Positions 25,486-38,402 of a DNA stretch of 64,000 bases are shown piece by piece. The notes beneath the pieces are model-generated. The model did no database searches. It saw nothing but the letters and a program-made list of their open reading frames with translations, and had not been told where the DNA came from. The stretch's first letter is position 1; the number at the start of each line of letters is the position of its first letter. A program made the translations under genes and the position numbers. The DNA comes from Gnetum montanum (taxonomy: Eukaryota; Plantae; Gnetophyta), in NCBI GenBank assembly GCA_015680685.1, contig MNCI01000952.1:370963-434962 (forward strand). Reading direction: 5' to 3'.

Positions 25486-26328
25486 TGATGAGTGGCAAGG
25501 TACCCCTATGCCCAACCATACAAATCATAGGCGTTCACATGCGATCCAATTGAATTTCGTAGACTTGAATTATTAAGTACGCTAGAGCTAAATGGTGAGT
25601 TTGTGTTGTTCATTCATTATCTTCCTAGTCCCACTTGTAAAATGCAAGTGTATGGTTAAGTGTGACCGAGGCATAAGATTTTTATCATTTTATGTTTTAT
25701 CAATTTGATTACCTAAAAAAATAATGAAAATGAGAGTAAATAAATGCTAAGTGAACTATTGCCTAATTTAACCTAACACAAGTAGCTATCCCCACTTCTT
25801 GGACACATCCTGAACTTTATGTAAACACTACTAGGTTGTCAAATGCTAACCGTTTCTGAGCTACCAAGTGTCACATATATGTTCAAATGGGTCGTGCCTA
25901 TGTATTTTAATTAGTTGCTTAATTAATCAAAATTAATTGCTAAATGAATAACATTAAATGTGAATGACATAAAAACATCATGTATAAATGCATAAAGAAA
26001 GAAAGTTTCAAGTGCTACAAGGATGAATCAAAGAGCTCATCTATATTGCCAACACAATGGTGTGCTCAAGTACATAAATGCTTGAATAAAGATCTGATTA
26101 CACTTAGACCTCTTGCTATGGGCACTTGGAAAATATTTTAACTCTCAAATGAAAAAACTACAAGAATTTTGCTACTTGACCTCCAAAAATACTTCCGAAT
26201 CGTCTGTCCAAGGGTTATATTTATAGGCCCAGGAGTATCCCACAATATCGCATGCCCGATATCACATCTTGGGGGTTCGATATTGTGACCACTTCGATAT
26301 CAAAGCTTATGTAACACACGATTCATTA
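25486..26328 (-). mobile_element. Solo LTR of the Athila-like group
   Basis: Begins TGATGAGTGGCAAGGTACCCCTATG (shared U5 end) and ends attcatta. Flanks GTTAT/GTTAC (4/5 TSD match). No PBS or PPT adjacent. Inserted in a copy of the dispersed repeat. Confidence 0.88.
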
Positions 26329-26539
26329 GTTACTATTCTAAATTTTCTATATTTTCATAATTAAATTATCTTCTATTGTAGCCCCTTTCTTAGACTTCTT
26401 GTCTATTATGGACTTTTTTATGAGGAATTAGAAATCCTCAAGTAAGAAACATTATTTAATTATTCTATTTAGTGAGAATACAAGGTTTTAAATTAAAGAT
26501 ATAGAGAAACTAATTACTTTATGATTGAAGGCTTGACAG

Positions 26540-27115
26540 CCATCATCATCCTAACATTGTTCCAACAACATGGAATCAACAATATGAGTTAGATTTTTGG
26601 TTATTTCTAATTTCTTCATATAGCCTTTAATCAATTTTCCATGTCTTTTTTGGTCTTCCTTTCAATGGATTTCTTGGAATAGTGATGTAGCAACCTTTTT
26701 TTTTATAAGCTCATTATTTTATTTTCTTTACATATGCCCAAATCATCTAAGCTACCATTCTTGTAACTTATCTAAAACAAAAGTTATTCCAAGTCTTCCT
26801 ATGATGTATGTATTGTGTAGCTTACCTATTTTGGTAACATTTAACATTCATTGAAGCATTCTGATTACTACCACACTAACTTATTATTCATGCCTCTTTT
26901 GTACTACCTAACATTTAGCACCATATAAGATAGTAGGCCTGATTGCTATCCTGTAAAATTATCCCTCTAGTTTTATTAGTGTTCTTTTATCACGCAGAAC
27001 ACCAATAACCTATATTCATTTTGACCATCCTATCTCAATTCTTTTTCTTACATCTATATTAATTTCACCATCTGATTAGAGCATTAAACATAGGTAGTGG
27101 AACTATTTGTAGTAA
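26540..27115 (-). mobile_element. 5'-truncated plant RTE-clade LINE 3' end
   Basis: FHYL..SDGEINIDV..RIEIGW, GVLRDKR..KLEG*FYRIAIRPTILYGAKC, DKLQEW*LR*FGHM, KGRPKKTW. (GAT)n tail. Confidence 0.88.
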
Positions 27116-27649
27116 GGAAATCCATCTTAACCTCAATTCTTGTGATGTAAGACCTATATAAGGACACCTCAATATTATATATAGATGAAAGTGTCTTAGA
27201 GATCTATGTGATTCTTACTACTAATGAAGTAAGATTTAGTCATAAGAATACTATATCATGTTTCCAAGCTAGAAGTTTTCAAAATAGCCATAAATTTCAT
27301 AAAATTCTAAAAAAATCTTGTTCACCAAAAAGAATCAATCTAAATATTTATGAAATATTCATAAAACAAGTTGAGTAGATTTCTTACATAATGCAAACTT
27401 TTCTTAAATTAAGCATAGAATAATTTGGGCATAGTTTTGATATAGTACAAAATAATTTAAATTAATCTTAGCTTAGTAATAAATCCAAATAAATTAAAAG
27501 CAAAAAGCAAGCTATCAGAAACAAAAGACTTTAAAAAGCACTTTGTGTTAACATTATCGCATGCAAGGTGGAAGAATCTTCTAGAGATGAAAAAATCTCT
27601 AAAGGATTTCATTACTTGTGATAGGACAACACTAGAATGCATTAGTGGC

Positions 27650-29400
27650 CTCTAGATCATTGTAGGGGTTCATGTTAAGCAATCCCCATACATGGCACAA
27701 ACCAAGATCCTAAACCTTGAATCAACCAGGAATCTTTCCAAGTGAGGGAAAGATTAGGTTGTTTCGCTAAGATAGGGAGGAAGTAAATAAGTATTTTAAA
27801 TATTTGGGGCTTGTTGCTAGACAACAAACTTAAGTGATCCTTCAATAATATGTCTTAGGAGCCATAAAGATGGCCATGCAAAGTTAAAATAAATTATCAA
27901 AGAAAGAAGAAGTATAAACAATAAGAAATAACTTTGGAGTAGTGAAAGAGAATAATATGATCAAGATTATGGTCTTAGAATGAATCACATAACATTAAGC
28001 ATGTAGGCACACAGATACACTCATTCACCTCTTTTTTATCAAAGCCTCATCCCTTAAGAACATCTCTCAATGAGTGCACAAGAGTTGACCTAGGTTTGTC
28101 ATAAGAATCATCCTAATTAAGGGTTATAGTACTCTTTTCTCTTTGACTCAAAGTAAGTCATGCATAAAGTTTTTTCTTGGAAAAATGAACCTTAAGAACC
28201 TCTCTTGATTGATAATAAGGTAAGAAGTCTATAAGATCTTTCCTTGTGTAGATCCATGTTCAAGAGTTGTTATTAGCCATCAAGTGTTTACTCATGATAG
28301 AAAGGAGGAACCTTCAAATAATGATCATGGATACCCACCTAGAGATTAGGGAGTAGCTAAAATAGCTAAGCAAAAAAAAAACTTCTTAAATGGTTGATTC
28401 CACAAGTTATAATCAAAATTTTTCCAACTTTTGTAGGTCCAAAAAGCTTACTGTTGACAATGGTCCAAAATTATCCAACTTAACAAAAGTTAGAAAGACT
28501 TAATTTTTTCACATGATTACTACTTGTATAATGTGGAAGAAGTAGCGTTCATCCAACTTTCTTTTTATCTCTTTGGTATAAAATGAACACCATCATCTTT
28601 CATTACTCCTCCATATCTTACATAGTCACAATTATCCATAAAACCCTAACTATTAACATTGAATAGATTTACATTACTACAAGTAAGCACATTAGTATCA
28701 TGGGAAGGAATGCTATCACATGTGAGCCTGCTAAGTACATATATGTGCATGACTTCTTAGCTTGGATGTCATTTTGAACCAAATGTTGGGACCATTTCTT
28801 TAGCTATTTTTTCACATCTATTTTTGGCATCAATGTAATCACCATTATAACTTTCAGCAATAATGATTTTAAGATGGGTCCAAAGTTTGTGGTATTTTTT
28901 TTAGTGTTAATTGGGAATTTCATTTAGCTAGTCATTAAAGAGATGTTCTTTCATAAATCTTCACTTGGAAAGCATAAAATTGTTATGGGATTTTCTTTAG
29001 AATGGCCCCTAGCCATCAAAAAATAAGGAAATTGATTGTAGATCTCATCTCTAGGAACCATGGAAGGTGTTGGCTAAAGTAATTTGCAAATTTATTTTTC
29101 AATATTCCAACTAGTTTACAAGGGTTCAACTTAATCTTATTAGGGTACTAAAAGATTTCCCAAGCATTAACATCTTGATGTTCTTGAAGGATGCAACAAT
29201 GAAAGTGGTGGATAGGATAAAAGTCTTAGACCTTTCTTTCTTTGAACATGAGAATCGTTACCAAACATTAAGGTGTCAATGATGTAAAATTCTTGGAGGA
29301 AGACTAACAAATAGCCTTATGTCATGAAAATTACATCCATTGTAGCTCTCTAATTAAATCAAATCATGACTACGCCTTTCCAAAAGCAACAAGGTTTTGT
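27650..29400 (-). mobile_element. Degraded Ty3/gypsy pol remnant (RNase H/integrase/GPY-F region)
   Basis: Faint motifs LFFDG, LP..KVPPF and PNLSLTWKDSWLI in the expected order. Confidence 0.35.
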
Positions 29401-29789
29401 CCTATATGCATAATTGAAAAAGATACATGTTAAGGTTAGGTTCTGAAGGAAAGAATATTACGATGCTACATATTGATAAGGAGAAAAGCCCAGAGCCAAT
29501 ATTTAAAAATTTAAAATTAAAAGAAATGATGAATGTGGACTTTAACTTTCAAGGATTTGAAGAGAATTCCAACTCTAGTAAGCATTATACACCAAAGTCC
29601 ACTATGGATTTTACCAAAGAGAAAGGTGACATGAGAAACATAAGACCTTGGACTTAAAGCTAGATGAAAGTAAAAGCTTTATCCTCAGTAGAGAGCTCCA
29701 TAGACAATTATCTCTTAAACCCAAGAAAGGAACAAGACAACATTGATCTTAACCTAAATACACATCATGATGGGGACATCAATTTGACT

Positions 29790-31600
29790 AATGTACCATC
29801 TCTCAAATGATTAGCTCTTTTCCTTGAGTTTTGGCATATTTGGAGGTGTTTTGAGCATATTTTGATGTGTTCAAAACTTTTGAGGTTAATGGGAACTTTT
29901 TTGGAGATGTCTTAAAGTTCCAAACCTTAAAATAAACATCTTTATTTCTGGCCATGCTAGGATAGACATGTCCCTTGGAGTATATAAATGTTTTCTCTGT
30001 AAGATAGATGTCTACCATAGGAGAAAAGGTGTCTTGTTTGGGCAATAGGCATCTACTCCTACTCCCAAACATCTTCTATGTTAAGGTTGATTTTAGGAAA
30101 GATGTCTATTATACCCAAAAGACATCTATTCTAGATATCTTTGTACTTAAGGAAGGTGTTCTCTTCTCTTCAAATACATCTTATACAGATTTCAATAGAC
30201 TTTAAATTGAATTGTAATGTGGATGGAAGATGTAAGGTTACTTGGAAAACTATAAAGAGGCATCAAGGCCTAAGCCTAAGGATGGAGATTGAGAGGAAAG
30301 GTCTCCCAAGTTTGAGATGAAGAAAGGTTCCTAAGGTGCCTCAAGAAAGAAAGGGAGAGAGTGGCATGAGAAAGGAGGGTTGAGCTCTTCTATAGAACTC
30401 TTATTTATGAGCCATTTGGCCATTGTGTGAGAGAGATAGTTCTTGTTAATTGTGGGACTCAATGTGTGTCTTCGTAAGAGAGTGAGGAGTGAGTGATCAT
30501 CATGGATGATCTACTTCTTTTGAGTGTGAAGTGAGGGTTTGATTGAATTACTTATCTATCCTTTGAAGTATGTACTTTCTTTATGCTTGTACTTTTATTT
30601 TTGGCATGAATAAAGAAGTCTTTCATTCTTATTTAAGCTTTGAGTCATTGAGATCTTTAATTCATTGAGTTCAAAGGCCATTTAAGGTTGAATTATGTTT
30701 TGAATTAGGTAGGAAGTTTTAGATCCTTACTAGATTAGTATTAGATTATTTGGTTGTAGACAAGTTAATCCAAGTGGAGAATCCTCATCTCAATTGCAAT
30801 GAATCACTTTATTTTCTCAAGTTTGACTTAAATTGCCAATTTCTTATCTCTTCCTTAGGGTTTGAAAAAAAAGTTCCTTTGATCTTAAGTCTATCATATC
30901 TTTAAATTCTTAGAAAATAATTATAGAACCAAATATCCATTGAATTGTAGTAGCCAATATTTATAAGAATTTTAAGAATTACATCTGGGTTTTCATATCT
31001 TAAGTGGACTCTATTTGGGTACTCTAAAAGTAGTTATGGGTACTATTGATTTCTTGAAATTTTCTTAGGGTTATTTGGAAATTTTATCCATATTTTTGAA
31101 ATTGGTTGTAGGTATTTGTATTTTTTGCTTATAACTTGAAGAAGGGTTATGGGTATTATCATTCTTATGTTGCTTGCGATTGTGTTGTAATTTCAAGTAT
31201 GACACCCAAGAAGAAACTAGTTTAAGGTTTAACCAAGGACATGTAAGACTTGATGGATGCTCTCAAAATTCTTGTGGAAAGAATAGAGAGATTATCTTCT
31301 AAGCATCAAGGAAAGAAAGAATATGAAGTGTTTAATAAAGTAGAGACCAATGAGAACATAAGTTTTCAAGCATCTCTTATTGGATAAGGAAGTGCATAAT
31401 ACTTAAAGGTTTCAAGGATTGAAACCAAGACTTCATCAAAGGGATCAAGACACCTTCAAAATCCAAGATGGTACATGCTGTTGATCAAGGAGAGTTCCTA
31501 CCTTCTACATCATGGAGGGTTAAGGATCAAAGCCAAATGAGAGGTCAAGATTAAGGGACTTCTTCAAGAAGTATCAAGAGCACCACTCAAAAACATTTAC
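29790..31600 (+). mobile_element. LTR-like segment with AGACGTCT-derived array, followed by a gag-like start (MTPKKK at ~31199)
   Basis: agatgtct/agacatct repeats at 29900-30180. ctataaag at ~30250. Purine tract atggggaca just upstream. Termini unresolved. Confidence 0.4.
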
Positions 31601-33287
31601 TAAACATTATTTATAACTTCAAAGAATAATTTCATATTTGTCATGATCTTTCATAGTTAAAAAAACTTTATACCAAATATCAAAATATAATGGTAAAGGG
31701 TAAGACATGAAACTGAAAATGAGCTCATTTTTATCAACCATTTGAACACCATATCCTAAATTTTTCATGAGTCTTCTAGTAGCATTTTATTAGTCCATTG
31801 TAAGCCTTAGACTCAAGAAATGTTTCACGCATCCCATATTTGTAGTTCTAGCATGTTCAATTCGGGTTTATATCTCCTATGCATGCACTATTGCATTTTG
31901 TATTATACTTCCATGTGCATATTGTAAATTCCTTAGGATGTTTTTGGCTTGTTTAGGCTCTCTAAGACCCTTTTGACATGTTTCCCAATGTTTTGGCTTT
32001 TATCTTGAAGTGTGGTAGAGGGGGGAGGAGGGTGTACGTTAACTACCCTACATAAGTGCAATCCCTACCTCAACTCAAGGGTGCTAATGCACCCAGCCCA
32101 CTTCACCTATAGTGAAAATGGGATCAGTTAAGGTTACATTAACAAATATTCATTAACACTTAGGCACTAATGAACTTGTACTATTACTTTATAAAAATTA
32201 TAAATACTTAGGATAATTTTTCATACATATCTAAGTCATAATATTCATTTCATTTAGGCTTTTGGTGTTCAGTTTATGTGAAGAGATCCTCCTCCCATAG
32301 GTAAGTTGCTTTTGTTTCTGATGGGACACGATATCGCATGGGCCATGATATCATGTCCGCCACGATATCTCATCCCCCGCGATATCGCGTACGCGATATC
32401 ACAGTGCGCCGCCAAATCTATAAATAAGAGATGGCTCTCCCTTGTTTCTAAATCTAGGCCTAGACCATAGCAAAACTCTGGCAATTTTACCTCTCCAGAG
32501 ATAGAATAATTTCCATGTGCCCGCAGTAGGAGCTCCAAAGTGAACAGATCTTTATTCGAGCAAATATTGTACTTGAACATAAGTTTGTGTACTACAATAA
32601 AGACGAACTTCTTAGATAAACCTTGTAGTGCATGGAATAGGCTAAATAGGAATTTATTTACTATTATTTATTGTTCATCATTTGATTGCTTTATTAGTCA
32701 TTAAATCTCTCTCAACCCTTCTCTCCTAGTTAAGTGCATTCAGTACGACTGCTTCGAGCACATGCGTTACACTTGGTGATCCCAGCAACGAATAGCATTT
32801 GGTAACCAAGGTTGCATTGGTTCAGGGTGTGAACAGTAAGTGGGAATAGATACTGATGCTAGGTTAATTAAGACTTAGTTAGTTAGTTAAGGTTAGTTAA
32901 TTAGTCTCTTCATCCTTCACCTCATTAGCATAGGAGATAAACAAAAAAGATATAAAAATCATATACCTCAAACTTACTTAACCATACAACCGTGACAAAT
33001 ACAAGTAATTCTGGGAAGACAACGAATGATTAACCTTAAGTGTTCCATGAGGCATGTAGGCACTTAGTCTGTGGAGTTCAACCAGATTGTGTGTGTAACA
33101 CTCGTATTTGTATGGTTGAGTGTAGGGGTACCTCGCCACTCATCATTGGCGTCATTGCCAGGGACTAAGTGTTTGTGCGCTAAGTAGAACATAGGAAATT
33201 ACTCACATTGTTGGGAGCTTAAACGAACCTTAGAGTTAATTAAATGAAAAATTATATAATGGTTAATCAGCACACTGACAAGACATA

Positions 33288-36200
33288 ATGTCTTCTTCTT
33301 CTTCTCATAAGAGCACTTCACCACCTAGGGATCATACAAGAAACAGTCGGCAGTCTAAAACACATAACCAAAATCCACTAGTTCCTCAACAACACCGAGT
33401 GGTATACACCCATCCTGATGAGTATATATTGGATTTTAGATTTATCCTCCATCAGGACGAACAATTGCATTGGAGAGATTTGCAAGGTAACATAGTGTTA
33501 CCTCCAAATCGGGTAGTCCCTGACATGCTTCTTCATGCTCTTGCACGGATAGGCATGACACAGCTATACGCTGAGTATGTTATAGGTGATTTTGACACAA
33601 GGGATTACCATCCCACAATAGCACAACGTATAAGGGACTCAAGGCAGGAGAGCCACCATACATTGTTGAAGAGCAAAGGGGTCCCGCATGTCCTAAGTGA
33701 AATTGGAGATGGTGAACCACTTATAACGGGTTCTCCATAAAATGATGTTTCCCCTCCTAACGATAGTGAGGAGGTGGGGTATTAGAACCTACCTCCATGA
33801 TACACAATCCTAGTTCTGATCCCCGTGAACGCCAGCTGTTCACTAAGGGAACAAAAACACATGACAAGGACGGGCACTCAGATCATCATCATGATTCGGG
33901 CTGAAGCCACAGAAGAGAAGGTAGGAAACATCATCATGGAGAAGGTTCTCCTTCTTCTTCCCCTTCATCACATCATTCACCCTCTCCTTCCACATCAGGG
34001 CGCAGTCATCAAGAGCATAACAGTGAGGATAAGGGTAAGCGAAATGAGAGACCTTGACGAGAGAGTCGAGAGAGAGGACGAGGGTAGTCTAGAGAGTCTA
34101 GGCATGAAATAAGGGAAAGTAGGGAACAACATAGGCATCATAGACTTCATGAAAGAGATGATCATGACAAATGCCTACTTGCCACCCAAAGTATGCTAGA
34201 TATTACAGAGGTAGTGAGAATACCCACAAGCCATCAAAAGGACAGTCGGATCAAGAGATTAGACATGAACAATATTCCATGATTCAAAGGAGGATACAAC
34301 GCTGATTCGCAAAATCATTTACAGGCATTCCATGATGCCTACGCCTTGCAGAACATAGAAAACAAGTGGCAAAAATTAAAGTTCTTTCCTAGGACACTCA
34401 TAAAGGAAGCAAAGAGTTGGTACTAGTCCTTAGAACCAGAAACCATTAGGAGGTGAAGTACGATGTTAGAACTCTTCAACAATAAATATCAAACGTACTC
34501 CAAAGTGTCTAACTTGTGTAAGTAGATCCAAGGATGGAAGCAAGGTACTCACAAACCCTTGGATGCTGCCATGGGCCACTACTATGCATTGCTACATCAT
34601 TACTCGAGCCATGGGTACGCACAACGGGATCAACTACGCCACCTCATAGATGGGCTAAGATATGAAACTAGGAGAATCCTTGGGACTTATGCCCAAGGGA
34701 GATTATTAGAACTTAGATCCCATGAAGTTCATCAATTTTTGGAGCAAGTAGCAAAGGAAGAAGGGGAGCTACAGAAAAGAGAAAGCGCAGAAGAATATAA
34801 CCGTGATCCTTCCCTCCAGAAAAGGGGAGTGAGATTCTGCGATGAAGAGGATGAGTCACCACTCAAAGAGTTGGTGAATAGAAAAACCTTACCACTTCAG
34901 AAGTTAACAACGGAGGTATCGACTAAGGTAGATGAAATATGGAGCTCCTTAGATAGTAAAATTGAAACTGTCCTAGAGATTGTAGAGGAGTCTAAGGAGG
35001 AATGAATTAGTGACAAGGACAAGAAAAAGTGGAGAGATTCAAGCCATGCACGTGACAAGGGTAAAGGAAAAATGAACATCACCGATGAGGTTGTGGATTC
35101 TGACACAAACAATGACCATGGATGTGAGATCTACCAATATGACCATCCCAAGGGATGTTGTCCAATCATCGCACATCTACAAGAGTCTTGGGTGTATGCA
35201 CTCAACCCAAGATTCAACAGACGGCAAACACCCTGAAGGTTACCTTATCCCCAAGGTAACCCAAGGTAGTTCCACCAACTGTTAACATATTATCCAAGTG
35301 GAACACTACCACAACCTATCGGGCAACACCAGCAATGGCAACACCCACAGTCATGGGGGATGCCACAGCCTCGACAAAAATACCCTTACCGGCAACCAAA
35401 TCTTTATGGCTATTACGTGTAGCAACCAGTTTCTCCAAGTGACTCTATGGGTCACACAACCCTGCAACGTCACTACCAAGTTCGGGAGTACTTTAGAAGG
35501 ACTCCTTTTCCTCTGGGAGATGCTCCACATCCATACCATCCTCCAAATCCATCTGCCACTCTTAAGCCGGTAGTTCCCATACCACTCACTCCAACAATGC
35601 AAGTGGAACTCCCCACTCAACTGTACTAACGTAATGCTATGAGAGCTGTGAACCTTCAACCCACTGCTGGTTCTGATAACTGCAAGAAGAGAAGACCTTT
35701 CTTTAGAACCAAAAGCCTAGACAAGCTCTCACAACCACAAGCGGTTGAGTTTGTGTATGCTTCTCCAACAAATAAGGCTTCAGAGCACCCTTCAATCCAA
35801 CAATAGAGCTCAACACACATGGTTATGTTAACACATACCATAACCAACTGGATCAAGGAAGGCCACCTTCCTAGGAAACCATCTGACCTTGGAAGTCCCT
35901 TAATCTATCTCCAAGTTTCCAGAAACGAACCTCAAAAGGCTCTTCTTGACTCAGGTTCCAGAGTCAACTTAATCTCACAAGAAATGTGTCAAGCCTAGAA
36001 CCTACCCCAACACAAGAAGATCAACATTCAACTAGAGCTGGCTAACTAGTCCATCACCATTCCCTTGGGATTGGTGGAGGACACAATTACCACTATGTGT
36101 GGTTGGTCATACCCAGCTGATTTCCTAGTGATAGAGGTCAACAGCAACAAAGGGGACTTCCCAACTATAATGGAAAGGGCATGGCTAAGTACAATAGATG

Positions 36201-36655
36201 CATGCCTAGGGATTCACAATCTTTCCTTGGAAATATCTAAGGTAAACATTTATGGAAAGATCGAGAAGAAGAAAGTTCCATGCATCGCATACAGTGACTC
36301 ATTGAGTGATGACATGGACGAATGCTCAGCACCACCTACATGCAACCAATGTGCCCTAGAAACTTTGAGACAAAGGTGCCTGTATGTAGCAACCACACAA
36401 CAAGTGGACACCCTGTGGTTGACAGCTAATCAAAAGAGCAACCGACCAACAATCATGGAATGAACTGGGGGAATAACTCATGCCCATAACGAAAGCATAG
36501 ATACATTGGAATATGAGTGTTGCCAACGTCCACCCCTTAACCTAAAAACATCAATTGGGAGAAGTCGGACACTTCTAAGAAATTCAAATAGGTGTTCATT
36601 ATTTTGGATCTCTCCCTTTCCATTCAGTCATGGGGAAGATGGCAACCTATGCTAA
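33288..36655 (+). pseudogene. gag-protease ORF of element B
   Basis: MSSSSSHK start. Gag core KLKFFPRTLIKEAKSWY. CEIxxYDHPKGCCP knuckle. Protease KALLDSGSRVNLI..YPADFLVI. Ends FSHGEDGNLC* with no RT following. Confidence 0.9.
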
Positions 36656-38093
36656 TCATTTGGGGCCCTCAGTTCTTTTAAGTTTTTGTTTTACACATTT
36701 TTGTTTTACATATTTCTTTAACTTTTCTTATTTTTTGTTTTACAACATCGTTATACTTTTCCATTTCTTGTGTGTGTGTGTGTGTGTGTGTTATCCATCT
36801 TGTAAGTTTGTCACCCAATAAGTGTTCTTAATGATGGTATAAACTGTTTTCATCGATTGCTAATGTTTGGTTTTTACCTCTAAGTTACGATGTTGATACT
36901 AAGGTATGTTTCTTTTGATATGACAGGCAATGAGTCCATTTCATCCATTCATCCACAATTTTCTATGGTCTCTCTCGGTTTAGAAATGTACAATCCCTTT
37001 CTAATAAGAACTATAATGAATCGGTGACTTGGCATTTCTCAAACTAAGAAAGGACTCAAGGATTGAAAAGGGTGTGACTTCAAGAGAACTTGATGCATTT
37101 GTGTTGGCCATTCTCTTGGGTGCTTGGATGTATTCTTCTTGAGTTTTCCTACCGTTTTGATGTTACTTAATTATCGGGAAGCTGAGCAAATAAAAATAAC
37201 AAAGTCTTCGCATGGTGTGGTTCTCACGTATAAACACATAAGATAAAACAAAAAATAAAAAAAACAAAAAAATGAGAATTCAAAGAAAACCCCTTATAAG
37301 AAATAATCATTTGGGCTACAAGCATTAGTTATGGAACTAAAATAAAAATGTTCCCTCTAACTAAGGCCCTTCTCGCTTCATATTCTCTCCTCCTTGTTTC
37401 GTCGGAATGGTGGTGGCTCTTGGGTGAAGGCATTCTTGTTACTCCAAGGGGATGGATTGGCCAAATGCATTAATGCGAAGTCACTGGATGTGGTTTGTTT
37501 GAGGCTGGACTTGGAATGGGATCTACTAAGTCACTTTAACCATGAAACACACAAGGGGCTGTCCACCACCTTATTCTTGGGATTCCATTCCATTCTCTTC
37601 TCTCCATCCTTCTCTCCATTGTTCACCTGATTGCCGGTTGTATCATTAGTGTATATTTTGATTGATGCATTGTTTTCTTTTTGGTAAATTCTTGCGGTTA
37701 AGACTTTAACTCTTGTTCCAAATGAAATTCCTAGAGCCTACGGACTCTTTGAATGTGGGTTTGTCAGGGCATTAAGGGCATGAGCCTACTTTGGGGAGGA
37801 CCCACTGGCATTCCTATTTGTTGCACCAGTTAAATTATTTCCCTTAGCATTTTTGTAATTAATTTTATCTTATTCATTTCCATCTTGACATCCATCTCAT
37901 CGATGTTATAGTTATCTCTTTTTCTCCATCTTTCTTATTCTTTTTGTTTTTCCATTCTATCACTACCAAAGGTTCGCTCTTAGTCATGGGGGTCCATACC
38001 CAAATTTTTTCGATTTTCTCCTAACCCCTACACCTTTAGTAGTCACCACTATGATATCTTCAAATTCGTATCAGCCATACCACAACTCAGCCA

Positions 38094-38402
38094 ATGGACC
38101 TTTCACCGAAGCAACATATAAATTGCAATGTGATTCATTTACCCTTGCTAATATAAGACTGTGTTGTATGTGCAGATGGCAATCATATAACAACAGATTG
38201 GATCTGGAGAGAACAATTGGAATGGAGTGGTATTGAAGTAGCTATGCAAGGAGCAAGATCAATGGCGCACTTATGGATGGACAATGAAAGGCGCGATCTT
38301 GGCGTTGGCAGCAGCAAAACTTCTTTCTCTCTCTCTCTCTTTCTCAACTGCCAAATAAGGCTTGATGTCAAATGTATAAGGTGTTCACTCTTGTTGTCAT
38401 GA
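38094..38402 (+). pseudogene. Putative small spliced ORF in the 3' region of B (donor decayed)
   Basis: gccaATGG start. 60-nt candidate intron 38116..38175 (donor reads AT; CTAAT..TGCAG acceptor). Exon 2 frame is open: GNHITTDWIWREQLEW..DNERRDLGVGSSK. Confidence 0.4.

Noticed and set aside
28440-28490. KLTVDNGPK integrase-like motif on the plus strand
   Set aside because: Neighbouring pol remnants read on the minus strand, and the region is too degraded to resolve.
32269-32580. 103-aa ORF repeated at 38525..38839
   Set aside because: Antisense frame across LTR U3. The recurrence reflects LTR duplication only.
37394-37630. 78-aa ORF in the 3' region of B
   Set aside because: No equivalent ORF is listed for the sister element C and no motif is recognisable.
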